Source: Rahnella bonaserana (GTDB taxonomy: Bacteria; Pseudomonadota; Gammaproteobacteria; Enterobacterales; Enterobacteriaceae). Taken from it: DNA of 32,000 bases. A model generated the notes under the pieces. That model was not told where the DNA came from. It searched no databases and worked only from the letters and a program-made list of their open reading frames with translations. The translations under genes were made by a program, and so were the position numbers. Location of the stretch: NCBI RefSeq assembly GCF_019049675.1, contig NZ_JAFMOW010000066.1, positions 305,615-337,614 of the forward strand, in the 5' to 3' direction. This document shows positions 15,725 through 26,108 of this stretch, piece after piece. Numbering within the stretch: the stretch's first letter is position 1; each line of letters starts with the position of its first letter.

Positions 15725-16366
15725 ATGTTTGAAGCCCTTGACCTGAGCTGCGTACGCGATGAGCGAACTTTGTTTAGCGGCTTAAGTTTCACGATCGAAC
15801 CGGGTGAAATGGTGCAAATCGAAGGCCGCAACGGCGCCGGTAAAACCAGTTTACTGCGAATTCTTGCCGGATTGTCCTCTCCGGAGGCCGGTGAAGTCCG
15901 CTGGCAGGGCGTGAATACCCGCCGCCAGCGTGACGTTTTCCATCAGCAGCTGTTGTATCTCGGCCATCAGCCTGGCGTGAAGTCAGTGCTTACTGCGTAT
16001 GAAAACCTTGCCTTCTATCTGTCCGTGAACGGGCAATCCGCCAACCAGGCTGCCGATGCTGATGCTATTTATCAGGCGTTAGAAAATGTCGGGCTGCTGG
16101 GTTATGAAGATGTCACGGTGGCGCAGATGTCCGCCGGGCAGCAACGGCGTGTGGCGCTGGCGCGTTTGTGGCTGAGTGACGCACCGCTGTGGATACTCGA
16201 TGAACCGCTGACCGCCATTGATAAGCAGGGCGTGACCACGTTGATTGAACTGTTTGAACAACACGCGCAGCAGGGCGGAATGATATTGCTGACCACGCAT
16301 CAGGATTTACAGGGCGTGAACCGCGATGTGCGAAAAATTCGTCTGACCAGCGCTGAGCTGGCGTGA
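15725..16366 (+). CDS. ccmA: Cytochrome c maturation ABC transporter ATP-binding protein CcmA
   Basis: 213 aa. Walker [13 protein letters not shown] signature LSAGQQRR and Walker B LWILDEP. It is the first gene of the ccm cluster. Confidence 0.92.
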   Translation: MFEALDLSCVRDERTLFSGLSFTIEPGEMVQIEGRNGAGKTSLLRILAGLSSPEAGEVRWQGVNTRRQRDVFHQQLLYLGHQPGVKSVLTAYENLAFYLSVNGQSANQAADADAIYQALENVGLLGYEDVTVAQMSAGQQRRVALARLWLSDAPLWILDEPLTAIDKQGVTTLIELFEQHAQQGGMILLTTHQDLQGVNRDVRKIRLTSAELA

Positions 16367-16387
16367 CGCGAAAGGAAAATAAACGGG

Positions 16388-17047
16388 ATGTTTACTAAAG
16401 TTCTGCGCCGCGAGCTGAAAATTGCCTTTCGCAAAAGTGCCGAAATCATTAACCCGCTGTGGTTCTTCCTGATCGTCATTACGCTTTTCCCGCTGGGGAT
16501 TGGTCCTGAGCCGAAACTACTGGCGCGGATTGCACCCGGTATCGTCTGGGTCGCGGCGCTGCTTTCTTCTTTGCTGGCGCTGGAAAGGTTGTTCCGTGAT
16601 GACTATCTCGATGGCACGCTCGAACAGCTTTTGTTATTGCCTTCGCCGCTGGCGCTCACGATTCTGGGGAAAGTATGTGCTCACTGGGTGGTGACCGGTT
16701 TGCCGTTGCTGATCCTTTCCCCGCTGATCGCCTTGCTGCTTTCGCTGGATTTTGAAACCTGGAAAGCCGTCGCGCTGACGATTTTACTGGGGACGCCGAC
16801 GCTGAGTTTTATCGGGGCGATTGGTGTGGCGCTGACCGTCGGGCTGCGCAAGGGCGGCGTTCTGCTGAGTCTGCTTGTGCTGCCTTTGTATATTCCGGTG
16901 CTGATTTTTGCCACCGGCGCGATTGATGCGGCATCGATGTCGATGCCGATCGGCGGCTATCTGGCTATTCTCGGCGCGATGCTGGCGGGCAGTGCGACGT
17001 TAGCACCCTTCGCGACAGCCGCCGCCTTGCGAGTCAGTGTTCACTAA
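16388..17047 (+). CDS. ccmB: Heme exporter membrane protein CcmB
   Basis: 219-aa polytopic membrane protein placed between ccmA and ccmC. Typical CcmB sequence (FPLG.GPE...LLLP). Confidence 0.9.
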   Translation: MFTKVLRRELKIAFRKSAEIINPLWFFLIVITLFPLGIGPEPKLLARIAPGIVWVAALLSSLLALERLFRDDYLDGTLEQLLLLPSPLALTILGKVCAHWVVTGLPLLILSPLIALLLSLDFETWKAVALTILLGTPTLSFIGAIGVALTVGLRKGGVLLSLLVLPLYIPVLIFATGAIDAASMSMPIGGYLAILGAMLAGSATLAPFATAAALRVSVH

Positions 17048-17081
17048 CCCGTCATACTTAGAGCCGCAGATGCGTTGGCTG
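17048..17081. repeat. ERIC/IRU-like repeat arm (partial) in the ccmB-ccmC spacer
   Basis: CCCGTCATACTTAGAGCCGCAGATGCGTTGGCTG resembles the left arm of the full ERIC copy at 30527 (CCCCGTTATACTTCGCATTGCAGATGCGTTGGCTG). They share an exact 16-mer, GCAGATGCGTTGGCTG. Similarity is lost after 17081. Confidence 0.55.
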
Positions 17082-17272
17082 ATTTCGCCATTATTTTACG
17101 TGTCGTTACAATAGAGAAGAAAAAGCGCAACCTTTGACTAACATCACACTTCTCTATAGTGAACAATAGAGGCGCCGATAATAACTGCGGATGATTTTTA
17201 ACTGACCGCATAAGAGCCCGGTGAGGCTTCACGGCATCACACAGTGACATTTTATAGTGAGCAACGATAAGA

Positions 17273-18010
17273 ATGTGGAAATGGTTACATCAACTCGCAA
17301 GGCCTGAGCGGCTTTACCACCTCTGCGGCCGGTTCATTCCCTGGCTCGGAATTTTGGGTATTGCCTGTCTGCTGACTGGCTGGGTGTGGGGCTTTGGTTA
17401 TGCACCGCCGGATTACCAGCAAGGTAACAGTTACCGGATTATGTATATCCATGTTCCGGCGGCGATCTGGTCGATGGGCATTTACAGTTCGATGGCGATT
17501 GCCGCTTTTATCGGGCTGGTATGGCAGATGAAAATGTCCGACATGGTGGTTTCCGCGATGGCACCCGTAGGCGCTGTTTTCACATTTATCGCACTGGTTA
17601 CCGGCTCCGCGTGGGGCAAACCGATGTGGGGCACCTGGTGGGTGTGGGACGCACGCCTGACGTCCGAACTGGTGTTACTGTTCCTCTATCTTGGCGTGAT
17701 TGCGTTGTATAACGCCTTCGACGACCGCCGTCTGGCTGGCCGTGCCGCCGGTATTCTGGTGCTGGTGGGCGTGGTGAATATTCCCATCATCCATTACTCC
17801 GTACAGTGGTGGAATACGCTGCATCAGGGCTCGACCAACATGCAGCAGACCATCGACCCGAGTATGCGTTATCCGCTGCGCTGGGCGATTTTCGGTTATC
17901 TCTTCTTCTTTATTACCCTGACGCTGATGCGTTTACGTAACCTGATTTTAATTCAGGAGCGCCTGCGTCCCTGGGTAGCCGGTCTTGTGAATAAGGAGCG
18001 CCGCGGATGA
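17273..18010 (+). CDS. ccmC: Heme exporter / heme lyase subunit CcmC
   Basis: 245 aa with the WGxxWxWD tryptophan-rich motif (WGTWWVWDARLT). Confidence 0.92.
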   Translation: MWKWLHQLARPERLYHLCGRFIPWLGILGIACLLTGWVWGFGYAPPDYQQGNSYRIMYIHVPAAIWSMGIYSSMAIAAFIGLVWQMKMSDMVVSAMAPVGAVFTFIALVTGSAWGKPMWGTWWVWDARLTSELVLLFLYLGVIALYNAFDDRRLAGRAAGILVLVGVVNIPIIHYSVQWWNTLHQGSTNMQQTIDPSMRYPLRWAIFGYLFFFITLTLMRLRNLILIQERLRPWVAGLVNKERRG

Positions 18011-18267
18011 GCCCTGCATTCTCCAGCTGGCATGATTTCTTTGCGATGGGCGGCTATGCATTTTATGTCTGGCTGTCGGTCGCGGCGACGCTGATTTCCC
18101 TGATTGCGCTGGTGGCGCATACCTTTATTCAGCGCGGTCAGATCCTCGATGAAGTTCGGCGCCGTCAGGCACGCGAAAAACGTATTAGTCAGTCTCAGTC
18201 TAAAAAACAGCAAGGCGCGCAGACGTCACCGCTGGAACCGGACACTTCCCCGGAGAAGTTATTGTGA
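18007..18267 (+). CDS. ccmD: Heme exporter protein CcmD
   Basis: 86 aa with a single TM segment ([22 protein letters not shown]). Start and stop overlap ccmC and ccmE. The hydrophilic C-terminal tail makes it longer than the 69-aa E. coli protein. Confidence 0.85.
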   Translation: MSPAFSSWHDFFAMGGYAFYVWLSVAATLISLIALVAHTFIQRGQILDEVRRRQAREKRISQSQSKKQQGAQTSPLEPDTSPEKLL

Positions 18268-18758
18268 ATCCACGTCGTAAAAAGCGTTTGTCGCTGGCGC
18301 TGGTGGTGCTGATTGGCCTTGGTCTGAGCATTTCACTGGTGATGTATGCGCTGCGCTCGAATATTGATTTGTTCTATACACCCAGTGAAATTCTGCAAGG
18401 CAAAGGCGAAAACCACGAGATGCCGACGGTCGGTCAGCGCCTGCGTATTGGCGGTATGGTGATGCCCGGTTCGGTGAAGCGTGATACGAAAAGCCTGCAG
18501 GTGAGTTTCAAAATCTACGATGCGCGCGGCGCGATCGCGGTGACCTATAACGGTATCCTGCCGGATCTGTTCCGTGAAGGGCAGGGCGTGGTGGCGCAGG
18601 GCGTGATGGAACCTGGAAATGTGGTGAATGCCATTCAGGTTCTGGCGAAACACGACGAAAAATATGTGCCGCCGGAAGTTGCCGACGCCATGAAAGAAAA
18701 CCACAAAGGCCCGGCTTCGGCTTATGTGGGTAACGATAAAGGAAATGACCGCTCATGA
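18264..18758 (+). CDS. ccmE: Cytochrome c-type biogenesis heme chaperone CcmE
   Basis: 164 aa with an N-terminal TM anchor and the heme-binding histidine motif [13 protein letters not shown]. Confidence 0.92.
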   Translation: MNPRRKKRLSLALVVLIGLGLSISLVMYALRSNIDLFYTPSEILQGKGENHEMPTVGQRLRIGGMVMPGSVKRDTKSLQVSFKIYDARGAIAVTYNGILPDLFREGQGVVAQGVMEPGNVVNAIQVLAKHDEKYVPPEVADAMKENHKGPASAYVGNDKGNDRS

Positions 18759-20728
18759 TGCCGGAACTGGGAACATTTGCACTCTGTCTGGCGTTAGGTC
18801 TGGCGGTTTTACTGAGTATTTACCCGCAATGGGGCGCAGCGCGACAAGATAACCGGATGATGGCGATGGCGCGACCGTTGTCCTACGGTATGTTTGCCTG
18901 CATCGTGCTGGCGTTTGCCATTCTGGTTCATGCGTTCGTGGTGAATGATTTCACCGTCGCGTATGTCGCCAACAACTCCAACACACATTTGCCGGTCTAT
19001 TACCGCGTGGCGGCGACCTGGGGCGCGCACGAAGGTTCGCTGCTGCTTTGGGTGTTATTGCTGAGCTGCTGGACGCTTGCCGTAGCCTTGTTCAGCCGCC
19101 GTATGCCGCAGGATGCGGTGTCGCGTGTGCTGGCGGTGATGGGCATGATCACCGGTGGTTTCCTGCTGTTTATTCTGCTGACATCCAATCCGTTTATCCG
19201 CTCGTTGCCGAATTTCCCGGTGGACGGCAGTGACCTGAATCCGGTATTGCAGGATATCGGGCTGATTTTCCATCCGCCATTGCTGTACATGGGTTACGTC
19301 GGTTTCTCTGTGGCGTTCGCGTTTGCCATTGCCTCGCTGATGGCCGGACGTCTCGACACGGCGTGGGCGCGCTGGTCGCGTCCGTGGACACAAGCCGCAT
19401 GGGTGTTTCTCACCATCGGTATCGTGCTCGGATCCGCCTGGGCGTATTACGAATTAGGCTGGGGTGGCTGGTGGTTCTGGGATCCGGTTGAGAACGCTTC
19501 CTTTATGCCATGGCTTGCCGGTACAGCGCTGATCCACTCACTCGCCGTGACCGAAAAACGCGGGACGTTCAAAGCCTGGACTGTGTTGCTGGCGATCACC
19601 GCCTTCTCGCTGTGTCTGCTCGGGACTTTCCTGGTGCGCTCCGGCGTGCTGGTTTCGGTTCACTCATTTGCCTCAGATCCGGCGCGCGGCATGTTTATTC
19701 TCGCGTATCTGGTGATTGTGATCGGCGGTTCGCTGCTGCTGTACGCCTTTAAAGGTAACTCGGTGCGCGCACCAAGCCGTCACGAGTTACATTCCCGCGA
19801 AAGCTATCTGCTTGGGAATAACGTGCTGCTGGTCGCAGCGATGCTGGTGGTGTTGCTTGGTACTTTGCTGCCGCTTATCCACAAACAGCTCGGGCTGGGC
19901 AGTATTTCAATCGGCGAACCTTTCTTTAATACCATGTTTACCTGGCTGATGGCGCCGCTGGCGCTGCTGTTAGGCATCGGCCCGCTGGTGCGCTGGCGTC
20001 GTGATGAGCCGGGCAAACTGTGGCGTCGTCTGGGTGTTGCGCTGGTCGTCACGCTGGTCTTGTCGATTCTTCTGCCGTGGTTGTTGCAGGACAAAATTGT
20101 TGGCATGACCGTGGTCGGTCTGCTGATGTCGGTGTGGGTGATTGTGCTGACGCTGATGGAACTGCACGAACGCGCCACCCATCGTCATTCCTTCTGGCGC
20201 GGTCTGACCAAACTTTCCCGCAGCCACTGGGGCATGGTGCTCGGGCATCTCGGTGTGGCGGTGACGGTTATCGGTATTGCGTTCAGTCAGAATTACAGCG
20301 TTGAACGCGATGTGCGCATGAAGTCCGGCGACACCGTAGATATTCATGATTATCACTTTATCTTCCGCGACGTTCGCGACATCACCGGCCCGAACTATAC
20401 CGGCGGTGAGGCGAATATTGATGTGACGCAGAACGGCAAGAAAGTCACCACGTTGCATGCTGAAAAACGTTTCTACAGCGTGGCGCGCAGCATGATGACG
20501 GAAGCGGCTATCGACGGCAATCTGGCGCGCGATCTGTATGCCGCGCTCGGTGAAGAGATGGACGACGGATCCTGGGCGGTGCGTTTGTACTACAAACCAT
20601 TTGTCCGCTGGATTTGGCTGGGCGGCCTGTTTATGGCAGCCGGTGGCGTGCTGTGTATTCTCGATCCGCGTTATCGCATGAGTAAAAAACTCAAGAAACA
20701 AGGTCTGGCGGAGGCTGAAGACGCATGA
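18755..20728 (+). CDS. ccmF: Cytochrome c heme lyase subunit CcmF
   Basis: 657-aa polytopic protein with the [11 protein letters not shown] tryptophan-rich motif. Confidence 0.92.
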   Translation: MMPELGTFALCLALGLAVLLSIYPQWGAARQDNRMMAMARPLSYGMFACIVLAFAILVHAFVVNDFTVAYVANNSNTHLPVYYRVAATWGAHEGSLLLWVLLLSCWTLAVALFSRRMPQDAVSRVLAVMGMITGGFLLFILLTSNPFIRSLPNFPVDGSDLNPVLQDIGLIFHPPLLYMGYVGFSVAFAFAIASLMAGRLDTAWARWSRPWTQAAWVFLTIGIVLGSAWAYYELGWGGWWFWDPVENASFMPWLAGTALIHSLAVTEKRGTFKAWTVLLAITAFSLCLLGTFLVRSGVLVSVHSFASDPARGMFILAYLVIVIGGSLLLYAFKGNSVRAPSRHELHSRESYLLGNNVLLVAAMLVVLLGTLLPLIHKQLGLGSISIGEPFFNTMFTWLMAPLALLLGIGPLVRWRRDEPGKLWRRLGVALVVTLVLSILLPWLLQDKIVGMTVVGLLMSVWVIVLTLMELHERATHRHSFWRGLTKLSRSHWGMVLGHLGVAVTVIGIAFSQNYSVERDVRMKSGDTVDIHDYHFIFRDVRDITGPNYTGGEANIDVTQNGKKVTTLHAEKRFYSVARSMMTEAAIDGNLARDLYAALGEEMDDGSWAVRLYYKPFVRWIWLGGLFMAAGGVLCILDPRYRMSKKLKKQGLAEAEDA

Positions 20729-21276
20729 ACCGAAAACTCCTCTTTATTCCGCTGATCCTTTTTCTGGCGCTGGCTGCGGCATTTTTAGTGCAGCTGACGC
20801 GCAATGCCAACGGTGATGACCCGACGCTGCTGGAGTCCGCTCTGATCGGCAAACCTGTGCCGGTGTTCAAACTGGAATCACTGGCGCAGGCGGGTAAAAC
20901 CTACGATCAGTCGGTACTGCGCGATGGCAAACCGATGTTGCTCAACGTCTGGGCGACCTGGTGCCCGACCTGCCGCGCCGAGCATGATTATCTGAATACG
21001 CTGGCGGCAAAAGGTGTACGCGTGGTTGGTCTGAACTACAAAGACGACCGGCAGAAAGCAGTTAACTGGCTGAATACGCTGGGCAATCCGTACATGCTGA
21101 GTCTGTACGACGGTGACGGTATGTTAGGGCTTGATCTCGGTGTGTACGGTGCGCCGGAAACCTTTCTGATCGACGGAAAAGGCATAATCCGTTATCGCCA
21201 TGCCGGTGATTTGAATGAAAAAGTCTGGCAGAAAGAAGTATTGCCCCTGTACAAAAAATACGGAGGCAACGCATGA
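20725..21276 (+). CDS. ccmG: Thiol:disulfide interchange protein CcmG/DsbE
   Basis: 183 aa with an N-terminal anchor, the thioredoxin motif WATWCPTCRAEH and GVYGAPETFLID. Confidence 0.92.
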   Translation: MNRKLLFIPLILFLALAAAFLVQLTRNANGDDPTLLESALIGKPVPVFKLESLAQAGKTYDQSVLRDGKPMLLNVWATWCPTCRAEHDYLNTLAAKGVRVVGLNYKDDRQKAVNWLNTLGNPYMLSLYDGDGMLGLDLGVYGAPETFLIDGKGIIRYRHAGDLNEKVWQKEVLPLYKKYGGNA

Positions 21277-21758
21277 AGCTGATTTCTTCATTACCTGCAT
21301 TGCTGCTGGGCATGATGCTGAGCATCAGCGCCTTCGCGGCCATCGATACTTATCAGTTTTCCTCTCCGGCTCAGGAGCAGGAATACCGTGATATCACGGC
21401 GCAGCTGCGCTGTCCGAAATGTCAGAATACTAATATTGCCGCGTCGGATTCGATTATCGCTGCGGATATGCGCACCAAAGTTTTTCAGCTTCTGCAGCAG
21501 GGGCAGAACAAACAGCAGATCGTTGCTTATATGGTCGCGCGTTACGGCAACTTTGTGACCTACGAACCGCCGGTGACGCCATCTACGGTGATCTTGTGGC
21601 TCGGGCCGGTGCTGGTGGTCATTATCGGCGCAGGGATGATTTTCATGCGCTCCCGCCGTGGCGAAGTGCGTTTGCAAAATACGACCGAAGAAATGTCAGA
21701 ACAAGAGAGACAGCGCCTGGCGCAGTTACTTAAAGACAGCGACAGGAAAGGATCATGA
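21273..21758 (+). CDS. ccmH: Cytochrome c-type biogenesis protein CcmH (NrfF/CcmL-type, LRCxxC)
   Basis: 161 aa with a signal peptide, the LRCPKCQNTNIA motif and a C-terminal TM segment. Confidence 0.9.
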   Translation: MKLISSLPALLLGMMLSISAFAAIDTYQFSSPAQEQEYRDITAQLRCPKCQNTNIAASDSIIAADMRTKVFQLLQQGQNKQQIVAYMVARYGNFVTYEPPVTPSTVILWLGPVLVVIIGAGMIFMRSRRGEVRLQNTTEEMSEQERQRLAQLLKDSDRKGS

Positions 21759-22969
21759 GTATTTTTTGGCTGTGCATTGTAGTGATGCTGGTTATTGCGC
21801 TGGCGCTGTTTATTGTGCCGGTTATTCGCGGCGACCGGGCGGAACACACATCCCGCGATGCGCTGAATAAAGCGTTTTATCATCACCGTTTGACTGAGCT
21901 TGAAGAAGACGAAGCGCAGGGCGTGGTGGACGAACGTCCGGCGCATATTCAGGAATTGCAGGAAAACTTACTGACCGACATTCCGGCGGGTCAGGCGCCC
22001 GCCGCCATTCACCCGATTGGTCGCTGGACGCTGGTGCCCGGTGCTATTTTGCTGGTGATCATCACGCTCGGTTTGTATCTCTATGCCGGAGGTCTGGGGC
22101 AGGTGAGTGCGTGGAATCAGGTGATGCAGCACATGCCGGATTTGCGGCAACGTATTGCCGATGACCACGGTGCGCCGCTGACCGCTGCGGATGTGCAGGA
22201 TTTAGGGCTCGGATTGCGTACCGATTTACAGGCAAATCCGGATAATGTGCAGGACTGGGTAATGCTTGGCCGCGTGGGTATGGCACTGAATAATGCCGCC
22301 ACCGCGACGCAGGCCTATGCTCATGCATATCAGCTTGCACCGAACGATATGTCGGTAAAGCTCGGTTATGCCGAAGTGCTGACCCGTTCATCTGATCCGC
22401 AAGATAACCTTACCGGCGGCAATCTTTTACGCAGTATGCTGGAAAAATCTCAGGGTGATCTGCGTGTATTAAGTCTGCTGGCCTATAATGAATATGAACA
22501 GGGTCATTACCCGCAAGCCATTGGCGCGTGGGAAGTTATGCTGAAGATTCTTCCGGCAGGTGATAAGCGTCTTGAGATGGTGAGTGCAAGCATTGCGCAG
22601 GCGAAACAGAAAGCCGGTCTTGATCAGGTTAAACTGGGCGTAAACGTCACGCTTTCCTCTGCTGCTCAGCAGAAACTTCCACAGGATGGCACGGTCTTTA
22701 TTTCCGTGACAGATGGCACCAGTCCGGTGCCGGTTGCGGTCAAAAAGCTGCCGATGAGCCGCTTCCCGCTGGCGGTTACTGTGGATGACAGCAACGCAAT
22801 GATGCCGGAACGCTTGCTTTCTTCGCTACATCAATTAAAAGTACGCGTTCGTATTTCACAAAATGGTCTGGCAACACCGGCCACAGGTGACTGGTACGGC
22901 GACAGTCCGCTGACTGATTTTGCCGGTAACGGTCAGGTTAGCATTGAAATTAATCAGCAGGTTCCTTAA
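21755..22969 (+). CDS. ccmI: Cytochrome c-type biogenesis protein CcmI (TPR-containing; equivalent to the C-terminal half of E. coli CcmH)
   Basis: 404 aa with two N-terminal TM segments followed by a TPR-like region. Its start overlaps ccmH. Confidence 0.85.
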   Translation: MSIFWLCIVVMLVIALALFIVPVIRGDRAEHTSRDALNKAFYHHRLTELEEDEAQGVVDERPAHIQELQENLLTDIPAGQAPAAIHPIGRWTLVPGAILLVIITLGLYLYAGGLGQVSAWNQVMQHMPDLRQRIADDHGAPLTAADVQDLGLGLRTDLQANPDNVQDWVMLGRVGMALNNAATATQAYAHAYQLAPNDMSVKLGYAEVLTRSSDPQDNLTGGNLLRSMLEKSQGDLRVLSLLAYNEYEQGHYPQAIGAWEVMLKILPAGDKRLEMVSASIAQAKQKAGLDQVKLGVNVTLSSAAQQKLPQDGTVFISVTDGTSPVPVAVKKLPMSRFPLAVTVDDSNAMMPERLLSSLHQLKVRVRISQNGLATPATGDWYGDSPLTDFAGNGQVSIEINQQVP

Positions 22970-23003
22970 TCAGGAACCGACGATCAAAAACAGGGAGATA
23001 TCC

Positions 23004-23771
23004 ATGAACTTACGCCTGACTGGGCTGGCGTTTGCGACAGTTTTGCTGGTTGGTTGTGCCGGCACATCCGGATCATCAGACAGCGAGCAGCAGGGACGTT
23101 CTGATCCGCTGGAAGGTTTCAACCGGGTGATGTTCGACTTCAACTACAACTATATGGATCCGTACGTTTTGCGGCCTGTAGCGGTAGCATGGCGTGATTA
23201 CGTGCCGCAACCTGCGCGTAACGGAACCAGCAACTTCCTGAGCAACCTTGATGAACCTGCGAGCATGGTCAACTCATTGCTTAAAGGCGATCCGTACCGT
23301 GCTGCAATCCACTTCAACCGTTTCTTCCTGAACACTCTTCTGGGGATGGGCGGTCTGATTGACGTGGCCGGTATGGCGAACCCGAAACTGGCGCGCGAAG
23401 AAGCCCAGGGCTTCGGCAGCACGCTCGGTCATTACGGTGTCGGTTACGGTCCGTACGTGGTTCTGCCTGGTTACGGCAGCGCGACGATACGTGATGAAGG
23501 TGGCGATCTGGTTGATGATTTGTATCCGATGCTTAGCTACCTGACGTTCTGGATGTCAGCTGGTAAGTGGGTGCTTGAAGGCGTTGAAACCCGTGCAGAA
23601 TTGCTCGATTCCGATGGCCTGATCCGTAACTCTTCTGATCCGTATCTGTTTATCCGTGAAGCTTACTTCCAGCGTCACGACTTCCTGGCACGAGGCGGTC
23701 AGCTGACGCCACAGGAAAACCCGAACGCGGCATTGATTCAGGGCGACCTGAAAGATATCGACTCGGAATAA
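23004..23771 (+). CDS. mlaA: Outer-membrane lipoprotein MlaA (VacJ)
   Basis: The start is taken at MNLRLTGLAFATVLLVGCAG (lipobox) with GGGAGA upstream. Conserved blocks are DPLEGFNR.MF.FN and GYGPYVVLPGYG. Confidence 0.9.
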   Translation: MNLRLTGLAFATVLLVGCAGTSGSSDSEQQGRSDPLEGFNRVMFDFNYNYMDPYVLRPVAVAWRDYVPQPARNGTSNFLSNLDEPASMVNSLLKGDPYRAAIHFNRFFLNTLLGMGGLIDVAGMANPKLAREEAQGFGSTLGHYGVGYGPYVVLPGYGSATIRDEGGDLVDDLYPMLSYLTFWMSAGKWVLEGVETRAELLDSDGLIRNSSDPYLFIREAYFQRHDFLARGGQLTPQENPNAALIQGDLKDIDSE

Positions 23772-23784
23772 CGGTTCCGCAGAC

Positions 23785-23812
23785 AAAAAAAAGCGCCTTT
23801 CGGCGCTTTTTT
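23785..23812. terminator. Bidirectional Rho-independent terminator between the convergent mlaA and fadL genes
   Basis: The hairpin AAAAAAAAGCGCC-TTTC-GGCGCTTTTTT has an A-run and a T-run on either side. Confidence 0.8.
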
Positions 23813-23871
23813 CATTTCAGGTATCACACTCAGTTGATCAGAAGCTGTGGTCTGTCAGCCGCTATAGTTCA

Positions 23872-25149
23872 TCAGAAGCTATAGTTGAAGTTCGCGCCGT
23901 ACAGCATCGCGGTGCCTTTAGCCTGGAATTCATAGTTCGGCACGCCGTCAGCCACTTTCTCGCTGATATTCACAGTCTGGCCATGCATGTAAGACACACC
24001 GACATCGACGGAAGCATCTTTATTGAAGGCATACGTGGTACCCGCAGATACCCAGAAGCGGTCCTGATCCGGGATAGAGATGGTGCGGTTATCTGCCGGA
24101 ACCGGGCTGTCATCGAAGGCGATACCGGTACGGAACGTCCAGTTATCATCGTAATAATAGGTGGTACCCAACGCGATGCGGTAAGCGTCGTGATAGCCTT
24201 CTTCTTTCTGGAACAGCGTCTGGCCGTTAGAACCGGTGGCTTTCAGCTCCTGGAACTGGCTCCAGCTGGTATAAGCCAGGCTGTAGTGAATCGCCCATTT
24301 CGGTGCCACTTTGTTATACCCGGACACTTCCCACATTTCTGGCAGATTCAGGGTCAGGGAACCCGGAACGGTGTGACCGCCCGTGCCGCCTAACGCCTGC
24401 GGAATGCCGTTGCGGTATTCGCCGTCAAAGTCGATTTTAACTTCTGAGCGATAAGTAAAGCCGTAACGGTTATTGTCATCGACTTCATAAAGAATACCGG
24501 CATTCCAGCCGTAGCCCCACTCGTCGCCTTTCAGCTTGGCGGCTTCAGTATCTGCTGGCAGTAAGCCGCCGGTTTTGATCGGCACCAGTTCACCGGCAGT
24601 ACGACGGATTTTCGCTTTCGCGTAGACGGCATCAAAGCCCACACCGAAGCTGAAATTCTGGTTCAAACGGTAAGCAACACTTAAGTTAGTGTTTATGGTG
24701 GTGAGATCTGTTTCACCGCCAATCGGGCCTGCCGGATAATTATCGCTAAATTCTGTCGCCAGACCGTAGTTAGAGGTCGCAGATGCGCCGACTGCCCATT
24801 GGTCATCAAGCGGCATAATAAAGTGGATATTGGGTACCCACTGATTTGGCGCAATATTATCATCACTGGTGCTGGCGCCGGTGACCGGGGATTTCCCTGT
24901 CACACTGACGTCCGGGTCGACATAAATCGCGCCCATAGAAAACGCCGGGCGGTTAAACATGGTCATGGTTGCCGGGTTACGGCTACCGGATGCGGCGGTG
25001 TCAGCGATAGCACCTTCGCCTGAGAATGAACGACCTAAACCCGCAGCAGTATATTCATTTAACTGAAAACCTGCTGCGTATACGTTGGAGGAAACAATTG
25101 CCACTGCAGCTGCCAGAGCTGATCTTTTAAACAGGTTTTTCTGGTTCAT
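23872..25149 (-). CDS. fadL: Long-chain fatty acid outer membrane transporter FadL
   Basis: The start is taken at [25 protein letters not shown] (signal peptide). The mature N-terminus [15 protein letters not shown] and the C-terminal ...NFNYSF are typical of FadL. Confidence 0.92.
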   Translation of the reverse strand: MNQKNLFKRSALAAAVAIVSSNVYAAGFQLNEYTAAGLGRSFSGEGAIADTAASGSRNPATMTMFNRPAFSMGAIYVDPDVSVTGKSPVTGASTSDDNIAPNQWVPNIHFIMPLDDQWAVGASATSNYGLATEFSDNYPAGPIGGETDLTTINTNLSVAYRLNQNFSFGVGFDAVYAKAKIRRTAGELVPIKTGGLLPADTEAAKLKGDEWGYGWNAGILYEVDDNNRYGFTYRSEVKIDFDGEYRNGIPQALGGTGGHTVPGSLTLNLPEMWEVSGYNKVAPKWAIHYSLAYTSWSQFQELKATGSNGQTLFQKEEGYHDAYRIALGTTYYYDDNWTFRTGIAFDDSPVPADNRTISIPDQDRFWVSAGTTYAFNKDASVDVGVSYMHGQTVNISEKVADGVPNYEFQAKGTAMLYGANFNYSF

Positions 25150-25230
25150 GACCAAAACCTCAATATTATGTTTTTTATCAAACAATGTTACATGGAGTAA
25201 CAATGAGCGCGGGATTGTAGGGTTCGTTAT

Positions 25231-25276
25231 CAGTCTGACAAATCAGACCAGTGAGCGAAGTATAGGTCTGACCTGT
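25231..25276. promoter_or_regulatory. Two FadR-operator-like sites upstream of fadL
   Basis: The reverse complement of 25238-25252 is ACTGGTCTGATTTGT, and 25264-25276 reads AGGTCTGACCTGT. The remembered FadR core is CTGGTCCGACCTGT. Confidence 0.45.
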
Positions 25277-25566
25277 GGTGTAGTTGCAATAATGTTTCAT
25301 TGATATTTAAAAATTGATGCAAGAAATTGGATCCACTTAACAAAAAACCAACAATAAAAGTTCAATTAAGAAACGTTAAAGTGAGAACGATGACTTAGTT
25401 TTAATCGATTACTTACATATACGTGATCTGGATCACTTCAAAGGCACATAATAAGTAAGTGCTAGTGTGTTGTCAGAAGGGTGGCGTAAAATACAGGCTG
25501 GAAATAAAACTTTATTCGCAAACAGGCCAGACGGTGGACGTTGCCGTTGATGCCGGGGAGAAAATT

Positions 25567-25899
25567 ATGTCTGACGTAACCATGTCCTCTAAATCCACCC
25601 AACCTCTGCACTCCATCAACAAATGCGGCGCAGAAGAAACCGCAGCCTGCTGCTGTGTTGATGTGGGTACTATCATGGACAACACCGATTGCACCGCATC
25701 TTACAGCCGCGTTTTTGAAAACGAAGCTCAGGCAAAAGAAACGCTGGAAGCCCTGACCGCACGCGCACGTGGCGTCGAATCAGAACCTTGCGAAATCAAC
25801 AGTCGTATGGAAAAAGTAGAGGGCGGCGTTGAGCTCAATATCGATTTCACTTTCAGTTGCCAGGCTGAAACCATGATCTTCCAGTTAGCTTTACGCTGA
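25567..25899 (+). CDS. yfcZ: YfcZ-family (UPF0381) small protein
   Basis: The start is taken at MSDVTM with GGGGAG upstream. The blocks CCCVDVGTIMDNTDCTASYSRVF and IDFTF.C.AE..IFQL.LR match E. coli YfcZ, and the position between fadL and fadI is the same. Confidence 0.85.
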   Translation: MSDVTMSSKSTQPLHSINKCGAEETAACCCVDVGTIMDNTDCTASYSRVFENEAQAKETLEALTARARGVESEPCEINSRMEKVEGGVELNIDFTFSCQAETMIFQLALR

Positions 25900-25916
25900 T
25901 CCCCGTCTGGATAAAA

Positions 25917-25946
25917 AATACCGCTTATATAAGCGGTATTTTTTTG
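25917..25946 (+). terminator. Rho-independent terminator after yfcZ
   Basis: A perfect 10-bp stem pairs AATACCGCTT with AAGCGGTATT around the loop ATAT, followed by TTTTTT. Confidence 0.8.
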
Positions 25947-26063
25947 TCTGCTATTTGTTCCCGCCGCTCTCCCTTCTCATTCTTATTTCAGAAAAATTTG
26001 CTGTTGCTCGCACTTCATTGCCTTTCACTTTGCCAAATGTAAATACATAGTTAAAACTGAGTT

Positions 26064-26080
26064 ATCAGGTCTGACCTCTT
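26064..26080. promoter_or_regulatory. FadR-operator-like site upstream of fadI
   Basis: ATCAGGTCTGACCTCTT matches the remembered consensus AGCTGGTCCGACCTGTT at 13/17 positions. It lies 29 bp upstream of the fadI ATG. Confidence 0.45.
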
Positions 26081-26108
26081 AAGACCCTATTTTTTCTCAG
26101 GAGCTTGT

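Noticed and set aside
19970-20701. 243-aa minus-strand ORF and several other 60-130-aa ORFs inside ccmF
   Set aside because: These are antisense or off-frame shadows of the well-supported ccmF gene, with no start context or recognisable motifs.
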